This document shows, one piece after another, positions 39,947-49,877 of a stretch of 64,000 nucleotides of DNA. Numbering within the stretch: the first letter of the stretch is position 1; every line of letters starts with the position of its first letter. The stretch is from assembly GCA_021399345.1 (NCBI GenBank), contig JAAFKI010000045.1, positions 128,001 to 192,000 on the forward strand. Direction: 5' to 3'. The stretch comes from Candidatus Heimdallarchaeota archaeon. GTDB lineage: Archaea; Asgardarchaeota; Heimdallarchaeia; Heimdallarchaeales; Heimdallarchaeaceae. The position numbers and the translations under genes were made by a program. The notes beneath the pieces are model-generated. The model did no database searches, was not told the origin of the DNA, and saw nothing but the letters and a program-made list of their open reading frames with translations.

Positions 39947-41824
39947 ATGTCAGAAGAAGATGATTTCAAGAAATCATATGATAGACAATATGGAGATATT
40001 GAACTATTAACACGATTTTGGAGATATCTGAAAGTATACAAAAAATATCTTCTCTTTATAATAGTAGGTATTTTAGTAACAGCTGTTGTTACTATTCTCC
40101 CCCCATCTATGGTTCAAAGTGCTTTTGAATCTTTGGCAGATAGAACCAAACCTTTCCCTCAAGCAATCGATTTTATGCCAACATCTCTATTCTTATGGAA
40201 ATTTCAAATAAACTTGTGGAGAGCTGTTTACCCTTATGCAATTGGATATGTTCTTCTATCGTTATTCTTATGGTTAGCCCAAGTACTTCTAGGGATCGTT
40301 GTAACCATTGTTTCACAAAAGATAATCAAACGTATTCAAATGGAAACCTATGAGAGTTTACAAGAACATGATTTGATGTATTTTGACACGCAGTCAACAG
40401 GTCAAATAATGAGCAGAATAACAAATGATTCCCAAGAACTGAATGATATGATCAATGTTGTTTCACAGTTTGTAGCTAATTTCTTCATACTATTTGCAGT
40501 ACTGATATGGATGTTCGTTGTAAATTGGAGACTGACATTTATCACCCTTGGAATGGCTCCTTTTGTCTTTATTGTTGCTTTTTTCTTCAGAAGAATAACA
40601 AGATTAACCACTGGAAAATGGAGAGAAGCAATTGGAGAAGTGAATGCTTCTTTCCAAGAGAGCGTAGCGGGAATTTCAGTAGCTAAAGCATTTGGAAGAG
40701 AAAAGAAATCTAAAGAAGAATTCGAAGTAATAAATCAAGCAACTTTCTATCATGCGAAGAAAAGAGCATTTGCGGTTATGGGAATCTGGCCCCTTATGGA
40801 CGGTATAAGCACAATTGGTGTTTTTGGAATCACTCTTTACGGTAGTTGGTTATTTTTTGGAAATTTGGCTTCATCAGATGTTATTTTATTGTTCCTCCTA
40901 CTGCTAAATAGATTCTTATATCCTCTTGTTAGAGTAGCATCTCAGTTTTCAATCATCCAATCTGGTTTCGCAGCTATGGAACGTATTTTCAGTATAGTTG
41001 ATGCTAAAAAGGAAATTGTTAATCCAGCTAATCCAATCAGTAAAGAGATGCAAGGACAAATCACTTTCGAGGATGTTTATCATCAATATGTTCAAGGAGA
41101 ACTTGTATTGAAAGATATCAACCTTAAGATTCAACCAGGTGAGTCTATAGCTGTCGTTGGCCATACTGGCGCTGGCAAGACCACTATTGCTTCCTTGTTA
41201 ATGCGGTTTTACGATATTTCCAAAGGTTCAATTAAAATCGATAATGTTGATATTAGAGAATATGACTTACACAATCTCAGATCTCAGATAGGTTTGGTGA
41301 GTCAAGATGTTTTCCTTTTTAGTGGAACAGTTTTAGATAATATACGATATGGTAATCCTGAAGCAAGCTTATCTGAAGTTCAAAAGGTGATAGATATTGT
41401 ATCAGCACAAGAATTTATTGACGCTTTACCTGATGGTTTAGAAACTGAATTAGGTGAACGAGGTAAGGGTCTTTCATCTGGACAGCGTCAAATGGTTTCA
41501 TTTGCTAGAACATTATTAATTGATCCTAAGATATTAATATTGGACGAAGCTACAGCTGCAGTGGATGCTTACACTGAATGGAAAATCCAAGAAGCACTCG
41601 ATAAGCTTCTAGCTGACAGAACTTCGATAGTAATAGCTCATCGTTTAACAACTATAAAGAATTCAGACAGAATCATAGTTCTTGATCATGGTAAAATAGT
41701 TGAAGAAGGTAATCATGAGAGTCTTATGAATAAAGGTGAATTATATTCTGAACTTTATGAAACATATTTCAAACATCAATCTGCTGAATGGATTTCAGAA
41801 ATCAGTGATGTATTTACTGATTAA
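39947..41824 (+). CDS. Type IV ABC exporter half-transporter (consensus Walker B)
   Basis: TM domain plus NBD; GHTGAGKT, LSSGQRQ, ILDEAT, IAHRL; heterodimer partner of the upstream gene. Confidence 0.93.
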   Translation: MSEEDDFKKSYDRQYGDIELLTRFWRYLKVYKKYLLFIIVGILVTAVVTILPPSMVQSAFESLADRTKPFPQAIDFMPTSLFLWKFQINLWRAVYPYAIGYVLLSLFLWLAQVLLGIVVTIVSQKIIKRIQMETYESLQEHDLMYFDTQSTGQIMSRITNDSQELNDMINVVSQFVANFFILFAVLIWMFVVNWRLTFITLGMAPFVFIVAFFFRRITRLTTGKWREAIGEVNASFQESVAGISVAKAFGREKKSKEEFEVINQATFYHAKKRAFAVMGIWPLMDGISTIGVFGITLYGSWLFFGNLASSDVILLFLLLLNRFLYPLVRVASQFSIIQSGFAAMERIFSIVDAKKEIVNPANPISKEMQGQITFEDVYHQYVQGELVLKDINLKIQPGESIAVVGHTGAGKTTIASLLMRFYDISKGSIKIDNVDIREYDLHNLRSQIGLVSQDVFLFSGTVLDNIRYGNPEASLSEVQKVIDIVSAQEFIDALPDGLETELGERGKGLSSGQRQMVSFARTLLIDPKILILDEATAAVDAYTEWKIQEALDKLLADRTSIVIAHRLTTIKNSDRIIVLDHGKIVEEGNHESLMNKGELYSELYETYFKHQSAEWISEISDVFTD

Positions 41825-41865
41825 AAATACTGGAAGAAAGATACTAAGATAACAGAAATAAATAA

Positions 41866-43287
41866 TTAGATGACGCAAATTCGTTCTTCTTTTGAGTATA
41901 GAAATATCATTACATACATTTCCTCTAGAAGTGAAAAACAAGAATAATTCTGATAAACTTTTGTACTAAATGCATGACCAATTATAGTTTTACCTTCACA
42001 CCTTATATTTTTCTTCATATCCACTGATATGTTTGCTTCAAGAAGTGATGATATTGGTATTCTATTATAATATTGGACACTATTTGGATGATAAAACCAT
42101 TCAGATCCAGAGTTTTTAGTTGTAGTCCATGTATAATGGAAGTAATTTTCACCTATATCACAATTTGCCCAGCGCTCATATAGTTCATCTGTTTGAGTTA
42201 TCTGGAATTCAAGATACATATAACCATCATAAGTACCCATATACAAATCTGAAATGTCATATGTATCATTCTCATGTTTTGAATAAAGAAAAACAAAATT
42301 ATTGTCTCCAAAAGAGCAAATAGAATCTTGGTGGAAATCAATTATACCTTCTATTTCCACGATTTGACTAGTTTCATAATAACTAGAATTATATACTTCA
42401 ACAGAATATATCGTAGTATTACCGCTTATACTCCCACTATCGTAGAAGAAAGCATTAAAATGGTCATTAGTATAGAAAATTGATAAAGGTATGAATTGAT
42501 CTTCATCGGTTCCTAATTCAAAGAGAGTCCAATTTTTATCTTCCCACTCAATAGCCAGAATAGGATAATAGCTAGTACTATTTAGATATCTCTTCCAAAT
42601 CAAAGCCGTTCTATTTGATTCAATTCTGAAATCTCCAGGAGTATAATTCTTGTAATCTTTAATTTGTGGAAAAATATCACTAAGAAATACAAAATTACTG
42701 TCTTCCTCATAGAAGATTGTTGGTTCTATATTTTCTCCCCAACAACGAGAAGCTAATCTAATTTTGTTAAATTGATTGAAATTAAGATTGAACAATTTAC
42801 CCATAGTCCTTCTAGTGGTGGTATTATCAAAAAAAGCAGGAATTACCCATATTTCATTGTTAAGTGTATAATACCGCTCCACCAGAGCGATTTGACCATC
42901 ATAGAAATACCAGTAAATAAGAGGTGTTTTATTTTGATCCAAGAATATTCGTAGTTCACGATTATCACCAGAAAATTGTCTCTTAATAAGCTCAAACGTG
43001 AAAGAATGATTAGAAAAATCTTGTAGGTCTAGAAATGCATAAACAGGGCCCCAATTCGAAAAATCATAACTCATAATAGAAAAATGTACTTTATCATCTT
43101 CTTCAACAACCAGATCAGAAAAAGTACCATTGTTAAATATGGGAGTTGGGTATAAGTAATTAAATGAAGAAGGTTCATTAACTGTATTATCTGGAATAAG
43201 GAAAAACACAGGTAACAATATACTTCCAAGAATAATAATAACCAAAGTAACAGTTATTATAATCCATTTTGTTCTCAAATTAAGCAC
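41866..43287 (-). CDS. N-terminally membrane-anchored extracellular beta-rich protein
   Basis: N-terminal TM or signal anchor; aromatic beta-strand-rich body with several N-glycosylation sequons. Confidence 0.7.
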   Translation of the reverse strand: MLNLRTKWIIITVTLVIIILGSILLPVFFLIPDNTVNEPSSFNYLYPTPIFNNGTFSDLVVEEDDKVHFSIMSYDFSNWGPVYAFLDLQDFSNHSFTFELIKRQFSGDNRELRIFLDQNKTPLIYWYFYDGQIALVERYYTLNNEIWVIPAFFDNTTTRRTMGKLFNLNFNQFNKIRLASRCWGENIEPTIFYEEDSNFVFLSDIFPQIKDYKNYTPGDFRIESNRTALIWKRYLNSTSYYPILAIEWEDKNWTLFELGTDEDQFIPLSIFYTNDHFNAFFYDSGSISGNTTIYSVEVYNSSYYETSQIVEIEGIIDFHQDSICSFGDNNFVFLYSKHENDTYDISDLYMGTYDGYMYLEFQITQTDELYERWANCDIGENYFHYTWTTTKNSGSEWFYHPNSVQYYNRIPISSLLEANISVDMKKNIRCEGKTIIGHAFSTKVYQNYSCFSLLEEMYVMIFLYSKEERICVI

Positions 43288-43580
43288 CCCAAGTTTCTAG
43301 CAATAGAAAATCAGCGCACCAACACTTATAATGGTTTTGAAAATAAGCATTTCAAAAAACCAATAAGATCTATTGCATTTTAATGCAAAAGCATATGTCT
43401 TCTAATATCAACCACCTTTTTAGAAGAGTGTAGAGCTTACTCCTTAGTAGTCTAGATATGTTACTCCACCTTATTAGAAAACCCTTTCTCATATAATACT
43501 CCCAGCTTACATTAATAATACACTCAAACTTTTATTGTTTGAAAAAACAATTTTATAGCTCTACGAGAAAATAGTGAATA

Positions 43581-43976
43581 ATGATAAAAATAGTTATCCT
43601 AGTTGGAAGCATGATTACACTTGGATTTGCTGTTTGGCATTTTCTAGTTCCTTGGAAACATAAGTGGTCTAATTACATGCCTAACATCTCTAAGGATTTA
43701 GAAAATTCAATTAAAGCTACAAATTTCTTCTTCGCTCTTTCATTACTACTACTGGGAAGTTTGTCCTTAATAGTTACAAGCTGGTTATGGGAAGATACTC
43801 TAATTGTAAAAATAGTATTAGTAATGATGTCTATTCTATGGACTGCTAGAGTTGTTTATCAAATCATTAAACCACAAGGAAAGATGCTTCAGCACGTCTC
43901 CACAATAATATTAGGAACCTATATCATAACAGATCTGTTGTTCGTTATCCCAATGTTCATCGTATTCTTCAAATAA
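43581..43976 (+). CDS. Small 4-TM membrane protein
   Basis: Four hydrophobic segments in 131 aa. Confidence 0.75.
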   Translation: MIKIVILVGSMITLGFAVWHFLVPWKHKWSNYMPNISKDLENSIKATNFFFALSLLLLGSLSLIVTSWLWEDTLIVKIVLVMMSILWTARVVYQIIKPQGKMLQHVSTIILGTYIITDLLFVIPMFIVFFK

Positions 43977-44029
43977 TTTAGAAATGTTAATATAGAAAGC
44001 AAGGTGTTAGAAATAATAGAGATGATATT

Positions 44030-44410
44030 ATGCCTCGTCCAGCAGCTTTCTTAGGCGGAGCTTTAACAGCTATAGGTATTTTTGGTGTTATTATTTCGAT
44101 AGTCCAGTTAACAGATAAGTATTGGTGGCTACTGTTTTATCTAGCTATAGGGATAATTGGTGGTTTCTCCCTTGGATCAGTTTCAGCATCTTTCAAAGAG
44201 CAAGAAAAGAATGCTTATTTGACGCTAACCGGATTTATGCTAGCAGCATTAATTTTGTTAACTGTTTTTCTAGGGATATGGCAAAACAGTAATCCTGCTT
44301 TAAACACCGAATTAAGCGGTATTTGGGTAATTATCATTGCCGCAGCTTCAGGTTTAGTCACATTTATTGGAACGACTTTAATGTCAGTTGGCGAAGGTTT
44401 CAAAAGATAA
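44030..44410 (+). CDS. Small 4-TM membrane protein
   Basis: Four Gly-rich hydrophobic segments in 126 aa. Confidence 0.75.
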   Translation: MPRPAAFLGGALTAIGIFGVIISIVQLTDKYWWLLFYLAIGIIGGFSLGSVSASFKEQEKNAYLTLTGFMLAALILLTVFLGIWQNSNPALNTELSGIWVIIIAAASGLVTFIGTTLMSVGEGFKR

Positions 44411-44496
44411 TTTTCTCGTTAACACTTCCACAATCTTTTTTTTCCCATAAGACTTAATATCTTCTAAGTAACTATAATATTAAAAAAAAGAGAACG

Positions 44497-45651
44497 ATGT
44501 TTATGAAAAATATAAAATTCTTTCATCTTGGACAATTTTTCGGTAAAAGAGCCTTGATTGCGACACTTCTCGGTGCTGGACTTGCCGTTGTAACAGAATA
44601 TGTTCTTCCAAAGTTCGGAATTCTTGCTATACCCGCTATTCAATCCTGGATTACCCCCGCAACCATAACATTTACTCTTGCAGTAATTATCATATTTAGT
44701 GCAATTGCGAAAAACTTAGTAGCATCTATTTTTATAGGAACAGCAGCTATTCTTTCTTTCTATAGTCCTTACATAGCAGGAATTTACGATTATGGCTTTT
44801 GGTCAGTTGTAATAATTTACCTAGTCACCGCATTTTTCTCAGGATTATTTGCAGCAATAGAAATGTCTGGAAGAACAGCTCTGTTAGTTGTCGGAATTGT
44901 ATATGGAATACAAGGATTCATTGGTGCAGGGACTAGTATGTTCCTTAGTTTAACTAATATGCAACAACCGTTTCTCGATAATAATCTCGGAATTGCATTT
45001 GGTGAGACGATGGGTTCATTTCCATTGTATGATGTGATAGTAGGAGGATTTTCATTTATCTTCATGTTAGTTTTTATCATTCTTTCTCGTAGAAGATATT
45101 CAATTGATGTTGATAACAAAAAACGTGAAATAATTGGTCAAATCATAATATTTCTAGCAATAGTTGGAGCAATACTTTTCATTGTTTTATCTAACGTTAT
45201 GTTTGATCAGACTTCTGCAGAGTTAATTTTTGGTGAAAAAAATACTAGATTCATGAATCTTCTTTTTGCTAAGAATCTTACAGGTGGATTTATGGCGATT
45301 AGATTGCTTAATGTGTTCTATATTCTACCCATTGTAGGTTTTGCTATTGGAATTGGAATGCTTTTCATCATACATGGAAGAGCAGAAGGTACAACCGGTC
45401 ACTTTAGAATGAATTTTGAAGGACCTTTATTACTCCTCAATGTTGTCCCATTCTTAATAATTGCATTCTATAGTTATCCTGTTCAAAGATTCTTTGCAGG
45501 AGATGCTCCAGTAACAAATTTCTACCTTGAGATGCCTACTTGGTTTACACTATTCACCGAATATACAAGTCTATTACTCATAAATCTATTAGTTGCATAC
45601 ATAATTTTCAAAATAGTTTCTTTAATTAGAAATTTGATTCAGAAGAAATAA
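44497..45651 (+). CDS. Polytopic membrane protein of unknown function
   Basis: About 10 TM segments in 384 aa. Confidence 0.8.
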   Translation: MFMKNIKFFHLGQFFGKRALIATLLGAGLAVVTEYVLPKFGILAIPAIQSWITPATITFTLAVIIIFSAIAKNLVASIFIGTAAILSFYSPYIAGIYDYGFWSVVIIYLVTAFFSGLFAAIEMSGRTALLVVGIVYGIQGFIGAGTSMFLSLTNMQQPFLDNNLGIAFGETMGSFPLYDVIVGGFSFIFMLVFIILSRRRYSIDVDNKKREIIGQIIIFLAIVGAILFIVLSNVMFDQTSAELIFGEKNTRFMNLLFAKNLTGGFMAIRLLNVFYILPIVGFAIGIGMLFIIHGRAEGTTGHFRMNFEGPLLLLNVVPFLIIAFYSYPVQRFFAGDAPVTNFYLEMPTWFTLFTEYTSLLLINLLVAYIIFKIVSLIRNLIQKK

Positions 45652-45678
45652 TCAATTTATTTCTTTCTTTTATCTTTT

Positions 45679-46926
45679 TCAGGTAACGATAAACTCATGG
45701 CCATCATATGAAGCAGTTTGATCTCCGCTATTTCTCTGTATTAATCTTTCTTTCATTTTGGGATTGAGACCAAATAAGTAAGATCTTCCTTTTTGACCTT
45801 TTAGAACGACTATATTTTTCTCTTTTAATCGTTTAAGAAAGCTCTTAGTCCCCATATATTTGCTTCGGTATTCTGAGGAAGGTAATTCTCCATAGAGATA
45901 AAGGGTTATTTCCTTTGCAGAAGCATCTTTGTGAATAAGATACTCACACACTTGTCTTTCTCTATGTGGTAAGCTATTCAAGACTTGTTGGTATAAAAAT
46001 TTCTCATGGTCATCCATACCATCTTGCACAGTAGAACGGGAGAAGAGATCTATTACATCAATAACATCTTCATGGCTTACACTTTTCGAGCCTTTTTTCT
46101 GGGAATACGAGTAAGCGTCAGATAGAATAGAAATTAAAATCCATGGATTTCCTTTTGATTTGTTCCATGCTTCCTCTATTGCCAACTCCGAAAAGACCTC
46201 TGTCACTTTAAAGGATGATTGATTTAATGCATAACACATCCGAGAACGAATTAATTCTTTCGCTTCCTGAAGTGACAATTCAGAAACTTTAATCGAATAT
46301 GTAAAATGATCCCACCCACCATTTTTTAAGCCGTTTAAACTTATTGGCATATCACTGAGATTGAATGATATGACACAAGAAAAGTTTTCTCGTAGTAATT
46401 TTAGTATTTTGGCTGAATATTGGGAGATAGCAAAAAGATTATCTCCTGTGAAATTATCAAGTAAAACTACAAGTAGTGAGTTTGTACTCATAACGTATTT
46501 TTTTAACTCTACTATTATTTGCTCTTTTGTGGAGTAATATTTTCCAAGTACTTGATCTGCAATATTTTGAAGAAAATTAGTTAGAGTATATTCTTTGAAC
46601 TCGTCGGAAGTGAAATTCACAATGAATATTTTATCAAAATCTGCATACTTCCAAAGAGATTCTTTTAACCCGTCATTTAACAAATTCATCAGATAAGATT
46701 TTCCTGATTTAATATCCCCCATTATAGAACAAACAGATTTACCGTTTTTTATTATCTGTACTAGACGTGCAACTTGAATGTTGAGTTTTTCTGATGATAT
46801 ATACAATTCTGGAAGAGGGTTCATTGTCCAAGGATCACGTCTAAACTCCTGATCCTGTACATTGAAATTTTCATCAGTTATATATTGTGAAATTTTGAAC
46901 ACTTTATCTAGTAGGTTTTCTAACAA
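45679..46926 (-). CDS. AAA+ ATPase-like protein with C-terminal winged helix
   Basis: Walker A GDIKSGKS, Walker B-like VVLLDN, lid SKGNP; C-terminal SAKEIT..LY...LKRLKEKNIV. Confidence 0.75.
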   Translation of the reverse strand: MLENLLDKVFKISQYITDENFNVQDQEFRRDPWTMNPLPELYISSEKLNIQVARLVQIIKNGKSVCSIMGDIKSGKSYLMNLLNDGLKESLWKYADFDKIFIVNFTSDEFKEYTLTNFLQNIADQVLGKYYSTKEQIIVELKKYVMSTNSLLVVLLDNFTGDNLFAISQYSAKILKLLRENFSCVISFNLSDMPISLNGLKNGGWDHFTYSIKVSELSLQEAKELIRSRMCYALNQSSFKVTEVFSELAIEEAWNKSKGNPWILISILSDAYSYSQKKGSKSVSHEDVIDVIDLFSRSTVQDGMDDHEKFLYQQVLNSLPHRERQVCEYLIHKDASAKEITLYLYGELPSSEYRSKYMGTKSFLKRLKEKNIVVLKGQKGRSYLFGLNPKMKERLIQRNSGDQTASYDGHEFIVT

Positions 46927-47006
46927 TGTATCCCCATTGAGTATTCACGAATTTTCTATATATAGTTTATTAATAAGGAAATGGTGGAAAACACTAGTTT
47001 AAACCT

Positions 47007-48137
47007 GTGGATTTAATCGGAAAAGATATTAAGCTAGTTATTGATTTATCACGAAAATCAATGTACTTTTCATCAGCACCTGCCAGAGTTTGTTTGTTTG
47101 GAGAACATCAAGATTACTTGGAATTGAAAGTTATTCCCGCAGCAATTAATTTACGTCTTCAAATAACTTCACAAAAAATAAGCGGAAACGTAATTAAGGT
47201 ACACAGTCAAGATTTGGATGAAACAACCCAAATTAGAATGAATATCAAATATTTAGAAGCAGAAAAAGGTTCTCTAAAATCATATCTAGAAGCTGGAATT
47301 CTTGCTCTGAAAATGCTCAAACAAGATATTATCATTCCTCCTTTAAACGTAACTGTAAGAAGTCAAATTCCTATCGCAAGCGGTCTTTCCAGTTCAGCAG
47401 CTCTTCTAGTTGGATGGATAAAACATTTGGCAGGAATATTAGAGCTAAACTTGGATGAAAGAACAATCGCCGAGTTAGCTTATAATGCAGAACATAATAT
47501 CTTAAAAATACCATGTGGAAGAATGGATCAATATGCTTCATCATTCGGGGGAATTTTTAGCTTAATATGTAAAGAAAAACCTACTTTGAGCAGATTAAAG
47601 TATCCAAATTTAGGCCTGATTATAGTAAATAGTCAAATTCCCAAATTAACTAGCACTGTTCATGGGGAAAAAGTTGCAAAGATTAAGCAAGTTGTTGATA
47701 ATTTCAATAAAATGTTTAATAAGAAACTAGAAGACATTACTACAGATTTTCTTCAAGAATCGAAAGAAAAAATAAAATCAGATGAGTTCAAAATACTGAA
47801 AGGTGTTGTTTCAATAAAAGAGAATACTTCAATAGCAGAAAAAGAATTATTGAAACCAACTCCTGATTTAGAACTACTTGGTCAGCTTCTAACAACACAG
47901 CATAATTTATTGAAAAACAATATACAGGTTTCTCTACCATTACTAGATAAAATTGTTGAAAAGGGAATAAAAAATGGTGCGATGGGAGGAAAATTAACTG
48001 GAGCAGGATTAGGCGGAAGTGTAGTTCTTCTCATTGAGGAGACAAATGAAAAAATTGTTGAAAAGATTAAAAATGATTTGAAACTTCCCGCATATTCAGT
48101 GAGAATAGATAAAGGAGCTGTTTTTGAAGTAATTTAA
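47007..48137 (+). CDS. GHMP kinase (galactokinase-like)
   Basis: SAPARVCLFGEHQDY, PIASGLSSSAA, CGRMDQ, KLTGAGLGG. The start may be the internal MYFSS. Confidence 0.9.
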   Translation: MDLIGKDIKLVIDLSRKSMYFSSAPARVCLFGEHQDYLELKVIPAAINLRLQITSQKISGNVIKVHSQDLDETTQIRMNIKYLEAEKGSLKSYLEAGILALKMLKQDIIIPPLNVTVRSQIPIASGLSSSAALLVGWIKHLAGILELNLDERTIAELAYNAEHNILKIPCGRMDQYASSFGGIFSLICKEKPTLSRLKYPNLGLIIVNSQIPKLTSTVHGEKVAKIKQVVDNFNKMFNKKLEDITTDFLQESKEKIKSDEFKILKGVVSIKENTSIAEKELLKPTPDLELLGQLLTTQHNLLKNNIQVSLPLLDKIVEKGIKNGAMGGKLTGAGLGGSVVLLIEETNEKIVEKIKNDLKLPAYSVRIDKGAVFEVI

Positions 48138-48148
48138 AAGAAAGAATC

Positions 48149-49006
48149 TTAGATTTCGTAATGCAGAATGGTTTGTGCTACTTTAACAGCTTCTAAAGTA
48201 GGCTTTACATCGTGAGTTCTAATGATGTGAGCACCATTTACAAAAGCAATTATAGTTGCACCCAATGTCCCAAAAAGCCTTTGATCAGGAGGTGCATCAT
48301 TTAGTACCTTGCCTATTGATGTTTTTCTGCTTATACCAACATAAACAGGTTTGTTCAGTATCCTGAGTTCTTCTAAATTCTTTATAATTACATAATCATG
48401 ATGGTAATCTCTAGCTTCCCAGCTACCAATACCAGGGTCAATAACGATTTTTGTTTCATCAATACCGTATTTAATACCAATTGCAATACTTTTTCTTAGT
48501 TCAGTGATGATATCATTAATTAGATATACATCGCCTGGCTCAGTTCTAGCGGCCATAACAACAGCTGTTCCATCAAAATCAGCAATACATTTAGCTATTT
48601 TTTCTTCTTTCTTAAAACCAGAAATATCGTTTATGATGTTAACTCCCTTATTCAATGAATGTTCAGCAACTGCTGAACGTTGAGTATCAACTGAAATTTC
48701 AATACTGTTGTAACTACTTAGAACATCCATTGTTACTTCCAATGTTTCCTTAATAATTTGAAGTTCTTTTATTTCATCTACTCTACCTTCACCACCATAA
48801 ATCTGAATAGGTCTAGTAGATTGAGCGCCTAAATCAATGCCATGCACACCTTCGTTTATCATGTTGGCAACCATTTTTTCTAAATCATCTGATGAAGAAA
48901 CTATTGATCCTAGATAGAATGATGCCTCTGATAGATTAACTACTCCAATAATTTTTGCAGGATGTTTATCTCCAACTAATAATTTGCCCAAAAATCCTTC
49001 AATCAT
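48149..49006 (-). CDS. folP: Dihydropteroate synthase
   Basis: GVVNLS..SFY, IDLGAQSTRP, ISVDT, INDISG, IDPGIG, GISRK, IRTHDV. Confidence 0.93.
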   Translation of the reverse strand: MIEGFLGKLLVGDKHPAKIIGVVNLSEASFYLGSIVSSSDDLEKMVANMINEGVHGIDLGAQSTRPIQIYGGEGRVDEIKELQIIKETLEVTMDVLSSYNSIEISVDTQRSAVAEHSLNKGVNIINDISGFKKEEKIAKCIADFDGTAVVMAARTEPGDVYLINDIITELRKSIAIGIKYGIDETKIVIDPGIGSWEARDYHHDYVIIKNLEELRILNKPVYVGISRKTSIGKVLNDAPPDQRLFGTLGATIIAFVNGAHIIRTHDVKPTLEAVKVAQTILHYEI

Positions 49007-49018
49007 AACAACATCTCT

Positions 49019-49810
49019 TTATTCATTTGTTTTGCTAATATAAGGTCCCATAAACATACATTCTTCAGGAGAGATAAGAGTGTTGAGATCCATTTCTTCA
49101 TCTTTGGATATTCTTACCATCGGAAAACCTCTGATTATTGCAAAAGGAATCATTTCATCTGTTTCTCCCATTACAATTTCTGCAGCTGTTGCTAGTTGAT
49201 CAGCTATTGCTCTAACTGTAATATGCATGGGTCTTCCAAAGAGATCATTTTTCCCTCTCACATCAAGAATTGATAAAAAACCATAAGTAGCTAATGCGCA
49301 ACCCACTGTCCCTAATCTCAAAGGTGTAGTTCTTGAATCAGCTATGATAATCCCAACATGCTTTTTCACTTTTTCAAAAATTCGTTTGTGAATATTCTCT
49401 GCTGATTTCTTGCAATTTCTTGGTAAAAGGATTATCTTCTCTTTTCCAGAATTCGATTGATCTGCTCCCGCATTTGCTAATAGACCATACTTGTTAATGG
49501 TAGTAATTGCCCCAGGAACAGCCCCCGTATAATTACCATTAGATTCATCTAGTATAACTTGAGCAAATTCCGGTTCCATATGGGCATTCTTAGCAAGTTC
49601 AATTGCTTCTTTAGAAGGTTTAATAGATGAATATGACACGATACCATCTTCGACAACTGCAACTACTTTACTTGCAATGACAAGAATATCATCATCTCTG
49701 AACTCTATTTCACTTACTCTAAGTGACTCCTCAAGAATAGAAAGTAAATCATCACTTTCTTCTACTAATTTGTAAGAGGGTATAGGTATAATCTCCAAAT
49801 TTGGCATCAT
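49019..49810 (-). CDS. cofE: CofE-family gamma-glutamyl ligase
   Basis: LVIASKVV, ANAGADQSN, IIADSR..PLRLG..G.A, DLFGR, ADQLA..A..VMGE. Confidence 0.88.
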   Translation of the reverse strand: MMPNLEIIPIPSYKLVEESDDLLSILEESLRVSEIEFRDDDILVIASKVVAVVEDGIVSYSSIKPSKEAIELAKNAHMEPEFAQVILDESNGNYTGAVPGAITTINKYGLLANAGADQSNSGKEKIILLPRNCKKSAENIHKRIFEKVKKHVGIIIADSRTTPLRLGTVGCALATYGFLSILDVRGKNDLFGRPMHITVRAIADQLATAAEIVMGETDEMIPFAIIRGFPMVRISKDEEMDLNTLISPEECMFMGPYISKTNE

Positions 49811-49877
49811 GTTACTATGAATTATATACTTAAAAAAATTCTTCGGCTGATGTTAGTTTTAAATAAGATTCTGGAAT

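Noticed and set aside
38182-41824. Degenerate ABC motifs (LDD, LSSGQ) as decay or novelty
   Set aside because: This is the standard asymmetric-site pattern of heterodimeric type IV exporters such as TM287/288.
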